Origin: a virus
Taxonomy: Duplodnaviria; Caudoviricetes
Direction: 5' to 3' (one strand)
Virus record (IMG/VR): IMGVR_UViG_3300044557_000281
Span: 1 to 64,000 of that record
Length of the DNA stretch: 64,000 nt
Shown here: positions 1-9,604 of the stretch, one piece after another
Position numbering within the stretch: position 1 is the first letter of the stretch
Layout of the letters: each line of letters starts with the position of its first letter
Position numbers and translations under genes: made by a program
Notes under the pieces: model-generated
Database searches by the model: none
Seen by the model: the letters and a program-made list of their open reading frames with translations, nothing else
What the model was told of the DNA's origin: nothing

Positions 1-584
1 TTATTCTTGAGCTATGATAATTACTTTCCTAGTTTTGTCATGAATACAATTTCTTACTCTACCATTACTATTTACTCTATATTACTAATTATAATAATAC
101 TAGTATATATTATATATAATAATAATGGTAAGACAGAAAAATCTATTCATGACAAAAGTTGTTAAATCAAGGTTTCTAAAATAAGGATATTCTTAAACCC
201 TTTAGATACAACATTTCTTAACTCAAAAACAAAGAATAACCCATAACTCAAAATAAGGAATAGTCCTTAACTCAAAAAAACAAATAAATATCCCTGCAAA
301 CTTTAACCAAGGACTGTATTAAACCGCAATGCCGTTTATCTTAAATTTAAGATAGGTTTAAGCCGTTTAAAGTACAATCTGGGATAATTACTCGTAAAAT
401 GCTTAGAACGTCTTAGAATGGCTTACAAGAGCAAATAAAGGTATAGTAAAAAAGAGATACCGGATTCAGTATCTCTCAAAAGATATTTAGTTAGATGTCC
501 CCAAAATTGGGGAGGTGTTTGTTAGTTAAGTGCTAAGCCTAGTTTTCGGCTGAACTAGCGAGGTGTGTCCAAAACTGGACTAAC

Positions 585-1112
585 CTAACCAACCTTAGCC
601 CGCATAGCCTTTAGTTTACAGTCAATGATGTAACTAACTCCTTTAGGCGTCATTTGTAATAAGTCAGCAATGGCTTGGTAAGTCCAACCCTCTTTCCACT
701 TTTCAAACCCAAGTTCATTCCTATCCTCCACAGAACACCAGTAGGACGTCACAGGAAGCTCTCTAAGCCGTTTTAACTTGTTTATGGTATGATTACCCCT
801 AAAATCTTTAAACGTCACAGGAAGGCTTAAATCGTACTTAGGATTGACTGACACAATTTTAATGTTTTTAACTTGAGCTACCTTATTCCAGTAATACCTT
901 TTGGAAGATAAGTCAAGGTGATTGTATTGAATACGAGTACCACGGTGAAGGCTTTTCCAATCCTTATGACCGTGACAGCCTTTGTAAATTCCCTTAATTA
1001 TGTTGTATGAGATTATATCAGAGTCCCTAAAGTCATTCATATAGGTCGGGTTGACCGGATAACTCGTAAGTTTAATTCCTAATCTTTGTTCCACTTCTGC
1101 TACTTTTGCCAT
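585..1112 (-). CDS. Hypothetical DNA-binding protein with C-terminal HTH
   Basis: 175-aa ORF; C-terminal GWTYQAIADLLQMTPKGVSYII is HTH-like; repeat-motif copies lie on both sides. Confidence 0.6.
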   Translation of the reverse strand: MAKVAEVEQRLGIKLTSYPVNPTYMNDFRDSDIISYNIIKGIYKGCHGHKDWKSLHRGTRIQYNHLDLSSKRYYWNKVAQVKNIKIVSVNPKYDLSLPVTFKDFRGNHTINKLKRLRELPVTSYWCSVEDRNELGFEKWKEGWTYQAIADLLQMTPKGVSYIIDCKLKAMRAKVG

Positions 1113-1182
1113 GTATATTCTCCTTTAATCAATAATTTATTCACATTATACCACTAATTATTTGGTGGTCAATCACTTTTTC

Positions 1183-1777
1183 TATGTCATAATTTAAAGT
1201 GGTACTACCTAGTAGTCTATTTTCTACTTTTGTCATGAATACATTTTTTGAATTTGCCTGAAATGTCATGAATACAATTTGTTATTTAGTTATTGGATAT
1301 TCAAATTTTGTAATGAATAGATTTTCATATGTTATTACTTTTGTCATGAATAGATTTTCATATGTTCTTATAGATTTGTCATGAATACAGTTTTGTATCT
1401 ATAGTTTTGAACTATAACGAGAATGTCATGAATAGATTTTCATATGTTATCGTGTCATAATTTAAACTATTACTAGGTAGTAGGGTTTTATCCACTTTGT
1501 CATGAATACAATTTGTTATTTTAATTATTGGATATTCAAATTTTGTCATGAATACATTTTTCGCTTTTGCCTGAAATGTCATGAATAGATTTTCATATGT
1601 TTTACTTTTGTCATGAATACAATTTTGAGTTTACTATAGATTTGTCATGAATACAATTTATTGTTTATAGTTTAAAACTATAACCAAAATGTCATGAATA
1701 GATTTTCATATGTTATTTTGTCATGAATGCCATTTTACAATTTGCCGAAAAATGTCATGAATAGATTTTCATATGTT
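1183..1777. repeat. Iteron-like array of ~14 TGTCATGAATA direct repeats
   Basis: Copies at ~1231,1264,1309(variant),1342,1377,1424,1498,1544,1577,1609,1643,1690,1719(variant),1753; outliers at ~37 (direct) and ~141-157 (inverted). Confidence 0.9.
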
Positions 1778-1868
1778 ACCTAAACCAAGACAGAATTATT
1801 ATAAGTATTAGTGTAGCTACACTAATGTAAGAGACAGCTTAAGTCCCCTTATTACGGGGGACTTGTTG

Positions 1869-4800
1869 TTAGTTGTATTGTGTGTATATGTCTGGTAAAG
1901 TAGGTGACATTGTTTCGTTTAACCATAGGTTGTTAAATTCATAACCAGCCCCATAGTTAACATCTACTAATCGTTCGTACCCTAGCATACTATAAACACA
2001 TGCTTGACCATACAACTAGAAGCATAATCTTGTTAAGAAGCTTCTAGCTAGACTATATCATCAATAATCATATTAGTCAATATAATTATTGGTACACGCT
2101 TCCCACCTTAGAGTTTCACTAAAGTAGTACAGATTTCATCAGCATAGCTACTAAGCCTTAGCTAGTATATCTTAGTCGTTAGACCTTCAAAGCATTTTCA
2201 TGCTAAGCTTGGCACAGGATTAGCATGAAAATGCTTTCCCTGTTAGCTTGCTTATTAACCATCATTTCTTATGGCTACTTAACCGTTAAACAAACACCCT
2301 ATAAGTATAGGTTCATGTACTTTATCGACCACTAATTTGTCAATGGTCGTCTCCTCTGCGTTTAATTATTTGATAAAATTCACCAGTTTTTTGGTCTTCT
2401 TCATCACGAATAACAATATTTCCCCAGTGTTCAATAAAGCGTTTTAATTCTTCATCAACTTCCCACCAGAAACCAATTTCTCCACCTTTCATCTTAGCAA
2501 TGTATCGTTTGTTTTGCATAAGTTTATCAGCAGAAACAATACTATTTTGCTCTGACCATGAAGGAATTAAATTACCAGTAGATTTAGGGGTGCTGGGATA
2601 TTTGCAACCGAATACTTTTTGTTTCCCATAATAAGCAATCAGTTGCGCAAGCTTTTCTCCACTATCCCCAATATCAGCCACAATAATATCCGGACTGTAG
2701 GGGGCTAGTTCTGCAATAATACTTTGTAAGTCAACCCCAATTGCTTTAGGGTCTACTATACTTGATTTACCAACAGAAAATAATCGAATCAAGTCTACTT
2801 GTCCATTGGTTCTTACACCGTGAACAGCACACCAATGACGATTTCCCCAATCGATACCCACCGAGATAAATTTATAATCTCCTCGGCTCATACGTTGTGT
2901 TGGTAAATCTTGTTTTCTGTGTTCTAATACGTCCTCTTGGTGAACACTTAATTTCTTATCTTCGTAGGGGTATCCAAGTGTGTAATTCCAAAACGCTTGC
3001 TTGGATAATGACGCTAGTTCTTTGCGTTTTAGGTCGTCAGCGGTACGGGCATACCGTAGTTTTCACTATACTTTAACACTGATTTAACAGTCGGACTAGA
3101 CTATATCATAAACCTACTTTTTGGTGTAGGTTTCCTTGCTTTACTTTCTCTTACGAGATTTTCTTATCTGGTTTTCACTAGTACCATTTTACTAGTTATC
3201 CAGAAATTTAGTCGTTAGGCTTTTATAGTGCATTGCACTGATTTAGCACGGGATTAACTCTGTCCATATAGGATTTAGTCTCTCTTATCAGCTTATTGGT
3301 TATTCAGCTATGCCCGTTTAACAAGGTTTACTCTCTTATCATTGCTAATAAGGTGGGCTATTACTTAACCCACACCGCGTTCATTTGGCTTATCATGTAC
3401 CCTCTTGTACCTTGACCACCTTTAGTACGGTCAGGGAATTTAGGAACCCCATTGTTAACTACCGCTACTTTCGTAGTATTTAATACGGATTGGACTATAT
3501 CATATTCTTATATTTTGGCATAAGAATCTCTACGTTACGCTATTGCTGTTGGCATTTTTTTGTAAAATCTTCGACTACTTCTAACACTTTATTTTACATT
3601 TGTAGTTTGTATGATACTCTGATAGCAGAGTAATTCTACCGCCATTTGCTTTTACAGCTTCTTCTCTGTAGCTTTCTGGTGTTTGTTTTATACCTTTCAT
3701 AATGTGTTCTCCTTAACTGTGCCAACAGTTCTAATAGCTTTCTCTTAGTTCTCACTAACCCCATTTGGTTAGCTACCCAAGAATTTAGTCTCTAGGCTTT
3801 TATAGCGCTTTGCGCTAGTTTAGCACGGTAGGTAAACTCTATCCTTGCATATTAGGACTTAGTCTTTCTTACCAGTATATTCTTTGTATATGCATTATTT
3901 TACTATGCCCGTTTAGTAGAGTTTAAGGTGTACAGGTCTGTTTATACACCGTTGTACCATCTGTCTAGTGGCTCTCCACACTTTTGGCAAACGAATTGGA
4001 AGGAACCATCTACGACAGTCTTAGCGAGTACGTCAACCCCTTTAGGGTTAACACAATAAATATTGCCACGTTTCTCAATTGGTGCTTCTGGATTATAATC
4101 CTCATAACTCATTTCGTTATAGTGATTACATTTAGGGCATTTGTGCATATACACAAATTGGTCGGATTGCTCAAACACACGGTGTATGCCCATGTGAGGG
4201 GTACTTGGTGTCGACCAACGGTTTATAATTTTGAATGGTGAACTTGACATGGATTCGATAGCAGACATTTCAGCAAAAGCTGGAACCCTATCATATTCGT
4301 CCCGAAAATACCGTAGTTTTCACTATACTTTAACACTGATTTAACAGTCGGACTAGACTATATCATAAACCTACTTTTTGGTGTAGGTTTCCTTGCTTTA
4401 CTTTCTCTTACGAGATTTTCTTATCTGGTTTTCACTAGTACCATTTTACTAGTTATCCAGAAATTTAGTCGTTAGGCTTTTACAGTGCGTTGCACTGATT
4501 TAGCACGGGATTAACTCTGTCCATATAGGATTTAGTCTCTCTTATCAGCTTATTGGTTATTCAGCTATGCCCGTTTAACAAGGTTTTCTATAGAAATTAC
4601 TTCCTATAGCCACTATAACTCAAAATGGCTAAATAGTCTATATCAATCTAAGAAACCCTCACTTTCGTGATATTTAATAGGGACTAGACTATATCATACC
4701 CCTCCTATTCGGTGGAGGGGTCTCTCCGTTACTTCCTACAAAACTTTAGTTAATCTTATATTTTTGCTCTTTATTTAAAACAATTCCTTGTACTGCCATT

Positions 4801-7371
4801 TTTAGCTCGTTATTTAAAACATAATAAGGTATACGATACAAATCTGTAGACAGTGTTTGGAAAAACTTATTGGTTTGGTCATCCTTCTGTTTTACTTTAG
4901 TTAGATAATCCATACCACCCCAAAGCTCCGTAGGTTCATAGTGCTGTCTACCATCGTACTCAATGACAATATCAAGCTCTGGTAAATAGAAGTCTAATCT
5001 ACGGACACCTACGTTAGGTATGTCAAACGTTTTTTCTTGCTCGTACTTTACACCTAGTTCATCAAGCATATAGGCAATCATTTCTTCCCCACCGCTCTCC
5101 TTACAATGTTTACAACCGTAACCACGCATAAACGCATTGTATTGAACATCCAGTTTGTTCCCACACTTTTCATGAGTAATATTAACAAACATATGATGGT
5201 TTTTCATATACACTTTGTTTAAAGTAAAGTTAGGTCTATTTTCTCTCATATAGTCTAGAACATCTTCCTCAGTGTGTCGGTAGATATTTGAGCAGTACTG
5301 ACAACCGGATGTTCCTGTTTTTACAATCCGAGATAAATTTTGTAGGGACGTGTGTACAGTTTTTCCACAAGGGATATGGATAAAATCAGTAGAATACTTT
5401 ATTAACTCAGGGTACTCTACAATTTCAAATGTCTTATCAAGACCAAGTTCTTTAAATCGCTTATCAAACTTGTCTTTAACACTTGCTCTATGTCGAGCAC
5501 GTTTATCTTCTTCCATACACATTTGACATGGTATCTTTTGAGCGCCAATAGAGTGTGGTATCTTATTAAATCGGTACCCACAAGTTAAACATTCAAAGTC
5601 GGCATGAGTTCGAGCATTCACATATTCAGAAACTAATCTGACATGTTTACGCTCCATTGTTTTAATAAAAGATTCTGGTATTTTTTTCATAGTAATAGTT
5701 TGTGTAGGTTTTCTTATCTAGTTCTCACTAATCCCATTTGATTAGCTACCTAGAAATTTAGTCGTTACACTTTCCTCCTTAATTTGATAAATTAACTATA
5801 ACATAAATATTATTTAGTGTCAATACCTATGTAGTCAATTGTTTTAAAGAGGTTTAGCACGGGATTAACACTATCCTAAAACTAGGACTTAGTCTCTCTT
5901 ATCAGCTTATTGGTTATTCAGCTATGCCCGTTTAGAAGAGTTTTTCGACACTAATCACTTAGTGAAGGGGCATTGTAAGTCTACCCTCTACTGCGCCCGG
6001 TTTAGAACTAGAACGAAAATATAAATAACTATCACGTATTTTCTTTGCTTTCAATGAATCTAGTTCTGGGTCGGCTATTGTCTTGTAGTACCCTTTTTCT
6101 AATAACGGATTTAGCCGTGTTTGTACGAACTTCAACATCTGCTCGTTGGTAGGAAATGTATAAAGTGCTTTAACTGCACTGTGACTGTACGTGTCTACAA
6201 AGTGTAATAACTTTCCTACACCAATTTCACTTAACCCGAGCTGACGCGACTTAATTACGGCTAAATTCTTGTGTGTGTCATTTAATACTTGTACTTGCCC
6301 ATTGAGTGTACCCTCGGTTTCCCGATATTTATTAGGGGACTAGACTATATCATCAACCTATCTTTTGGTTTAGGTTGCTCTACGTTACTTTCTCTTACGA
6401 GATTTTCTTATCTAGTTCTCACTAATCCCATTTGATTAGTTACCTAGAAATTTAGTCGTTAGAGTTTCAAATAAGAACAGTTAGTTATATTTATATGTTT
6501 AATAGCAGAACTCCCAACCTTTATAACTTTGTTGCTTTCCTGACAGGCATCTCCTTATACCATTTCTATCTAGTTGAGTGTCTCTTGCACACTCGTTTTG
6601 ACTTAGGTATGTTTTCCTAACACCTGTTGGGGAAGTAGCAGTGAACTTAGTCATATGGCTAGGCTGATATTTATTATTGACTTCCTTAGATATCCATATG
6701 CAGGTTTCGGTGGAATACTTTTTAGCCCCTTTAATGTCTTTGTCTAGTTGAAGCTCTCCTGCGTAGAACCTACTCTCATCCCAACCGTCAATATCACTAA
6801 TGTCTTCTAAGGAATAGTCGAAGCAGTGCCACCTAGCGTCTATGGTAACATCTTTGTAAGCATTAGCTCGAATATGCTTGGCATCATAACACCGCTTTAG
6901 CATACCTTGCCAGACACTAAAAGCTCTGCTATCAGTTCTGTAATTTGTCTCTATAAAATAACCCTTATTATAATAGCTAATGTTAAACACCCCCTTATTA
7001 GCTATTATATCATTTAACTATGGTTTTGTTAAGTACTGCTCTTATTTGTTTACTACGGTAGGTTAACTCTGTCCTTGCATATTAGGATTTAGTCTTTCTT
7101 ACCAGTATATTCTTTGTATATGCATTATTTTACTATGCCCGTTTAGTAGAGTTTATAGACCACAGCATTTTTATGGTCGGTGACTTTGCCGCTTAGTTTG
7201 GTCACGGTCGGAAATAACAAAGGTAATCGGGTGATTACGTATGGTGTGATTTCTCAACAAGTACGTGGAAGTTTGGGTCATATCTAGCAAGTAGCTAAGC
7301 TGTTCAGTTGAAATTCTTTCGGTACCGAACATTTGCCTAGACATACCAGCTAAGTGATTTCCATCTACCAT
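1869..7371 (-). CDS. terL: Terminase large subunit, 7 exons: 7371-7173, 6299-5983, 4647-4625, 4302-3944, 3449-3368, 3045-2343, 2012-1869
   Basis: Exons sum to 1827 nt (608 aa + stop). Join restores RPWQ, KSRQLGLSE, Walker B IDIDYLAMDE, STP, GIDWG and GDDHYGQA, collinear with recalled phage K-type TerL. Confidence 0.93.
2013..2342 (-). ncRNA. Group I intron terL-I6 (330 nt, no ORF)
   Basis: P1 CGACCAU/GUGGUCG; terminal G at 2013 before TAT GGT CAA. Confidence 0.9.
3046..3367 (-). ncRNA. Group I intron terL-I5 (322 nt, no ORF)
   Basis: P1 GUGGGU/GCCCAC; terminal G at 3046; core near-identical to I3. Confidence 0.9.
3450..3943 (-). ncRNA. Group I intron terL-I4 (494 nt, endonuclease remnant)
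   Basis: P1 GGUGUAU/GUACACC; P10 GGGUU; terminal G at 3450. Confidence 0.9.
3581..3700 (-). pseudogene. 39-codon remnant of an intron endonuclease
   Basis: RBS AGGAG + MKGIKQTPESYREEAVKANGGRITLLSEYHTNYKCKIKC*; resembles the N-terminus of the I2 ORF. Confidence 0.55.
4303..4624 (-). ncRNA. Group I intron terL-I3 (322 nt, no ORF)
   Basis: P1 UAGCCAU/GUGGCUA; terminal G; core near-identical to I5. Confidence 0.9.
4648..5982 (-). ncRNA. Group I intron terL-I2 (carries endonuclease ORF)
   Basis: P1 GGGU/GCCC; P7 core; terminal G at 4648 before ATT GAT ATA GAC. Confidence 0.88.
4746..5690 (-). CDS. Intron-encoded Vsr/DUF559-like homing endonuclease with Zn-ribbon repeats
   Basis: CxxC repeats; C-terminal RLDFYLP..IVIEYDGRQHY. 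Confidence 0.78.
   Translation of the reverse strand: MKKIPESFIKTMERKHVRLVSEYVNARTHADFECLTCGYRFNKIPHSIGAQKIPCQMCMEEDKRARHRASVKDKFDKRFKELGLDKTFEIVEYPELIKYSTDFIHIPCGKTVHTSLQNLSRIVKTGTSGCQYCSNIYRHTEEDVLDYMRENRPNFTLNKVYMKNHHMFVNITHEKCGNKLDVQYNAFMRGYGCKHCKESGGEEMIAYMLDELGVKYEQEKTFDIPNVGVRRLDFYLPELDIVIEYDGRQHYEPTELWGGMDYLTKVKQKDDQTNKFFQTLSTDLYRIPYYVLNNELKMAVQGIVLNKEQKYKIN
6300..7172 (-). ncRNA. Group I intron terL-I1 (carries HNH ORF)
   Basis: P1 ACCAU/GUGGU with U-G pair at the splice site; P7 GACUA/UAGUC; terminal G; P10 with GGCA. Confidence 0.9.
6499..6990 (-). CDS. Intron-encoded HNH-type homing endonuclease with C-terminal NUMOD1-like domain
   Basis: WQGMLKRCY, LDKD..YS.ETC.WI...NN, SQNECAR...CLSGK; lies inside terL-I1. 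Confidence 0.8.
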   Translation of the reverse strand: MFNISYYNKGYFIETNYRTDSRAFSVWQGMLKRCYDAKHIRANAYKDVTIDARWHCFDYSLEDISDIDGWDESRFYAGELQLDKDIKGAKKYSTETCIWISKEVNNKYQPSHMTKFTATSPTGVRKTYLSQNECARDTQLDRNGIRRCLSGKQQSYKGWEFCY

Positions 7372-7374
7372 AAT

Positions 7375-7800
7375 TTAAAACGTCCCTTCATTCTGTTGGT
7401 TCATTACTTTTTCTTTTTCGGTTAACATGGCATGAACTTCTTTGTCTGTAAGACTAGCCAAGTCTGCTAAATCAACCAGTTCCTTATCTTCTTCCCCATC
7501 ATTCACAATTTCTGTGGGTAGATAATCAGAAATAACATTACGCTCACCGGGAGACAAAGCTGGCAATGTACCAGTACCCTCACCAGATAGGCTATTAATA
7601 TTATTTATGTCCGTATATATTTGAAACAGCCGGCTTAAATCGGTTACTGAATCAACCTTAACCGCACCGGTAGACACATCTTGCATAAATGTATCAATCA
7701 GTTTTAAGGAAGCGTTGTTAAAAGTATCTCTTAACTTTTCTTCCGAAGACTTCGATTCCTCCTTTTTAACATTTCTTCTAATGTTATCTGAAATAGACAA
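7375..7800 (-). CDS. Putative terminase small subunit / conserved protein upstream of terL
   Basis: RBS AGGAGG then TTG at 7800; position matches the ~136-aa gene preceding terL in K-like phages (recalled). Confidence 0.5.
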   Translation of the reverse strand: MSISDNIRRNVKKEESKSSEEKLRDTFNNASLKLIDTFMQDVSTGAVKVDSVTDLSRLFQIYTDINNINSLSGEGTGTLPALSPGERNVISDYLPTEIVNDGEEDKELVDLADLASLTDKEVHAMLTEKEKVMNQQNEGTF

Positions 7801-7802
7801 GT

Positions 7803-8129
7803 TTATCCTCCTCCTTGCTTGTGTTGAGCATAACAACTTTTAGAATCTTTGCATAAACTCAACGATAAATTTTTACCTAAAGATAACACATAATGGTCTC
7901 TAATGGATTTAGTCTCATACTTATTGTAAGGGATTCCACCTTTAGAGAACCCTTGGACAACTCGTGTTTCTGTTAGTGGTCGTTGACAGACCACACATAC
8001 CCTTGTGCCTTCTGTAATGCGCTTATCGCCTTTTTTAACGATACGTTTAGTCACAGATTTCTTTAACAAGTAAGCTCGTTCTTTACGAATCGTTTCCTTG
8101 TCTTTCTGCTTAATCGGGACGTGTTTCAA
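7803..8129 (-). CDS. Hypothetical basic protein with CxxC
   Basis: 108-aa ORF co-oriented with the terL operon. Confidence 0.6.
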   Translation of the reverse strand: MKHVPIKQKDKETIRKERAYLLKKSVTKRIVKKGDKRITEGTRVCVVCQRPLTETRVVQGFSKGGIPYNKYETKSIRDHYVLSLGKNLSLSLCKDSKSCYAQHKQGGG

Positions 8130-8221
8130 GTGAATATCAACTCCTTAATATAATTTAGCAAATGCTGAAACTAATAAGAATCTATAATATATTATAGAAG
8201 GATAACTGAAGGAGAGGGTGT

Positions 8222-8521
8222 TTGCTTATTCTACAATGGCTGATTATTACCCTAAGTGCTTGCTTTATTCAACTCGTTTCACATTTGTTTCTATATAAAC
8301 TACTGGAATCCTTTATATTAGGAGAGCTTATCATGCAAAAAAAGATAGAATTGCTAACCGCATTTGTCGAGGTCGTTTTCCTATCTGCTGGCAATGTGTG
8401 TTTAATTATTCTCCACCAAGGAATAATTCTTGTGTTTTTAGCTATCCTTATCCTAGTTGTTTTGGCGCAACAGTTATTGGGAGGTGATAAGAATGGCAAA
8501 AACGAAACAAATGTACTATAG
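8222..8521 (+). CDS. Hypothetical membrane protein
   Basis: Hydrophobic segments; RBS AGGAGAGGG. Confidence 0.55.
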   Translation: MLILQWLIITLSACFIQLVSHLFLYKLLESFILGELIMQKKIELLTAFVEVVFLSAGNVCLIILHQGIILVFLAILILVVLAQQLLGGDKNGKNETNVL

Positions 8522-8843
8522 AGATTATGTTAAAACAGAGTTTATTGATATGTTGGCAAAGTTTTTAGATGGTCGACCTAGATACCACGAGTACATAGTA
8601 GATAGGTGTTGTCTAACCGCAACATTGGTAGGGTTCTCCTACCACTATTATACCATGAAAGACGGGGACGGCATTGCCTACAAGCGCTTAGAGTTAGGCA
8701 AGTATGGTACAATAGAGTTTAAGTTACTAGAGAATTTCAATGAGTATTACGTCATTACTACCCCTAATTATGAGTCTATCTTAAAGGAAATTATCACAGC
8801 TTTCCCAACGGTTTCTATTAAAATATCTTTAGAAGATATATAG
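8493..8843 (+). CDS. Hypothetical protein
   Basis: RBS GGAGGTG before ATG 8493 (MAKTKQ). Confidence 0.6.
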   Translation: MAKTKQMYYRDYVKTEFIDMLAKFLDGRPRYHEYIVDRCCLTATLVGFSYHYYTMKDGDGIAYKRLELGKYGTIEFKLLENFNEYYVITTPNYESILKEIITAFPTVSIKISLEDI

Positions 8844-8853
8844 GAGGTAGAAC

Positions 8854-9192
8854 ATGGAATTACAATTACAAGAAGTGATTACCAAGTTACAAAACTTGGA
8901 AGAAAAAATTAAAACGGGTGAAGCTGAAACCAAAGAAAGCGTTAAAGAGCTTAATGAAACAATGAATGACTTACAACGGTGGGTTGTAGCATTAGATAAA
9001 GACGTTGCGATTCAAGAAGAAAAACGTAGGCACCTAATTTTACAAATAAGTCAATTAGAAGCGCAAGCGGCTGAAATAGAAAAGTCCCAATCCGAGGGCG
9101 TAAGCAAGAGGAATGCCTTTGCAGAACAAGTGGTCTTATTGTTAATAGGAAGTGCTATAGGGGCTATAGCAAGCTATGTGACGGCTAAATAA
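8854..9192 (+). CDS. Coiled-coil protein with C-terminal TM helix (XhlA/holin-like architecture)
   Basis: Heptad-rich body then VVLLLIGSAIGAIASYV. Confidence 0.55.
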   Translation: MELQLQEVITKLQNLEEKIKTGEAETKESVKELNETMNDLQRWVVALDKDVAIQEEKRRHLILQISQLEAQAAEIEKSQSEGVSKRNAFAEQVVLLLIGSAIGAIASYVTAK

Positions 9193-9204
9193 AGGAGAAG
9201 TGTT

Positions 9205-9546
9205 ATGAGTTTATATGATGTTAAAAAAGAAGCTGTAGTAGTAATCGAGGATAAGTATTATGTGTTCCCAATGAGGATGGCTGGCACTGCTTTATCAGCA
9301 GAATCAGTATTAAACTCATCAATCGTAGATGAGGGTGGCGTGTTACCAGTATTGATTACGCATACTGATAAGGACAGACGTAGTGAAATCCACTATGTAG
9401 TGTCACGAAATATTCAAAGTATTACCGCAAGTGTTGTTGACGTACCAGCTGATATTATAGCTTTACAGACTGTACCAGATGGTGAAACGACAGAAGCGAA
9501 AGAGATTCGAGAAGCGCAAATTAAAGATTATTTCGAGAGAGCCTAA
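9205..9546 (+). CDS. Hypothetical protein
   Basis: 113-aa ORF with RBS, followed by a terminator. Confidence 0.65.
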   Translation: MSLYDVKKEAVVVIEDKYYVFPMRMAGTALSAESVLNSSIVDEGGVLPVLITHTDKDRRSEIHYVVSRNIQSITASVVDVPADIIALQTVPDGETTEAKEIREAQIKDYFERA

Positions 9547-9564
9547 CCGGTTCTCTTTTTTTTT
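9536..9564 (+). terminator. Rho-independent terminator
   Basis: GAGA..TCTC stem followed by T run. Confidence 0.55.
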
Positions 9565-9575
9565 ACATTTTAGTG

Positions 9576-9604
9576 TTGACAATTCAAAAAACACATGATA
9601 TTAT
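9576..9604 (+). promoter_or_regulatory. SigA-type promoter upstream of the tRNA cluster
   Basis: TTGACA-17-TATTAT. Confidence 0.7.

Noticed and set aside
1183-1777. CRISPR array
   Set aside because: The repeat is only ~11 bp, spacers are themselves duplicated and irregular (29-74 bp periods), and there are no cas genes
3984-4241. Plus-strand 85-aa ORF
   Set aside because: Antisense to terL exon 4; no independent signals
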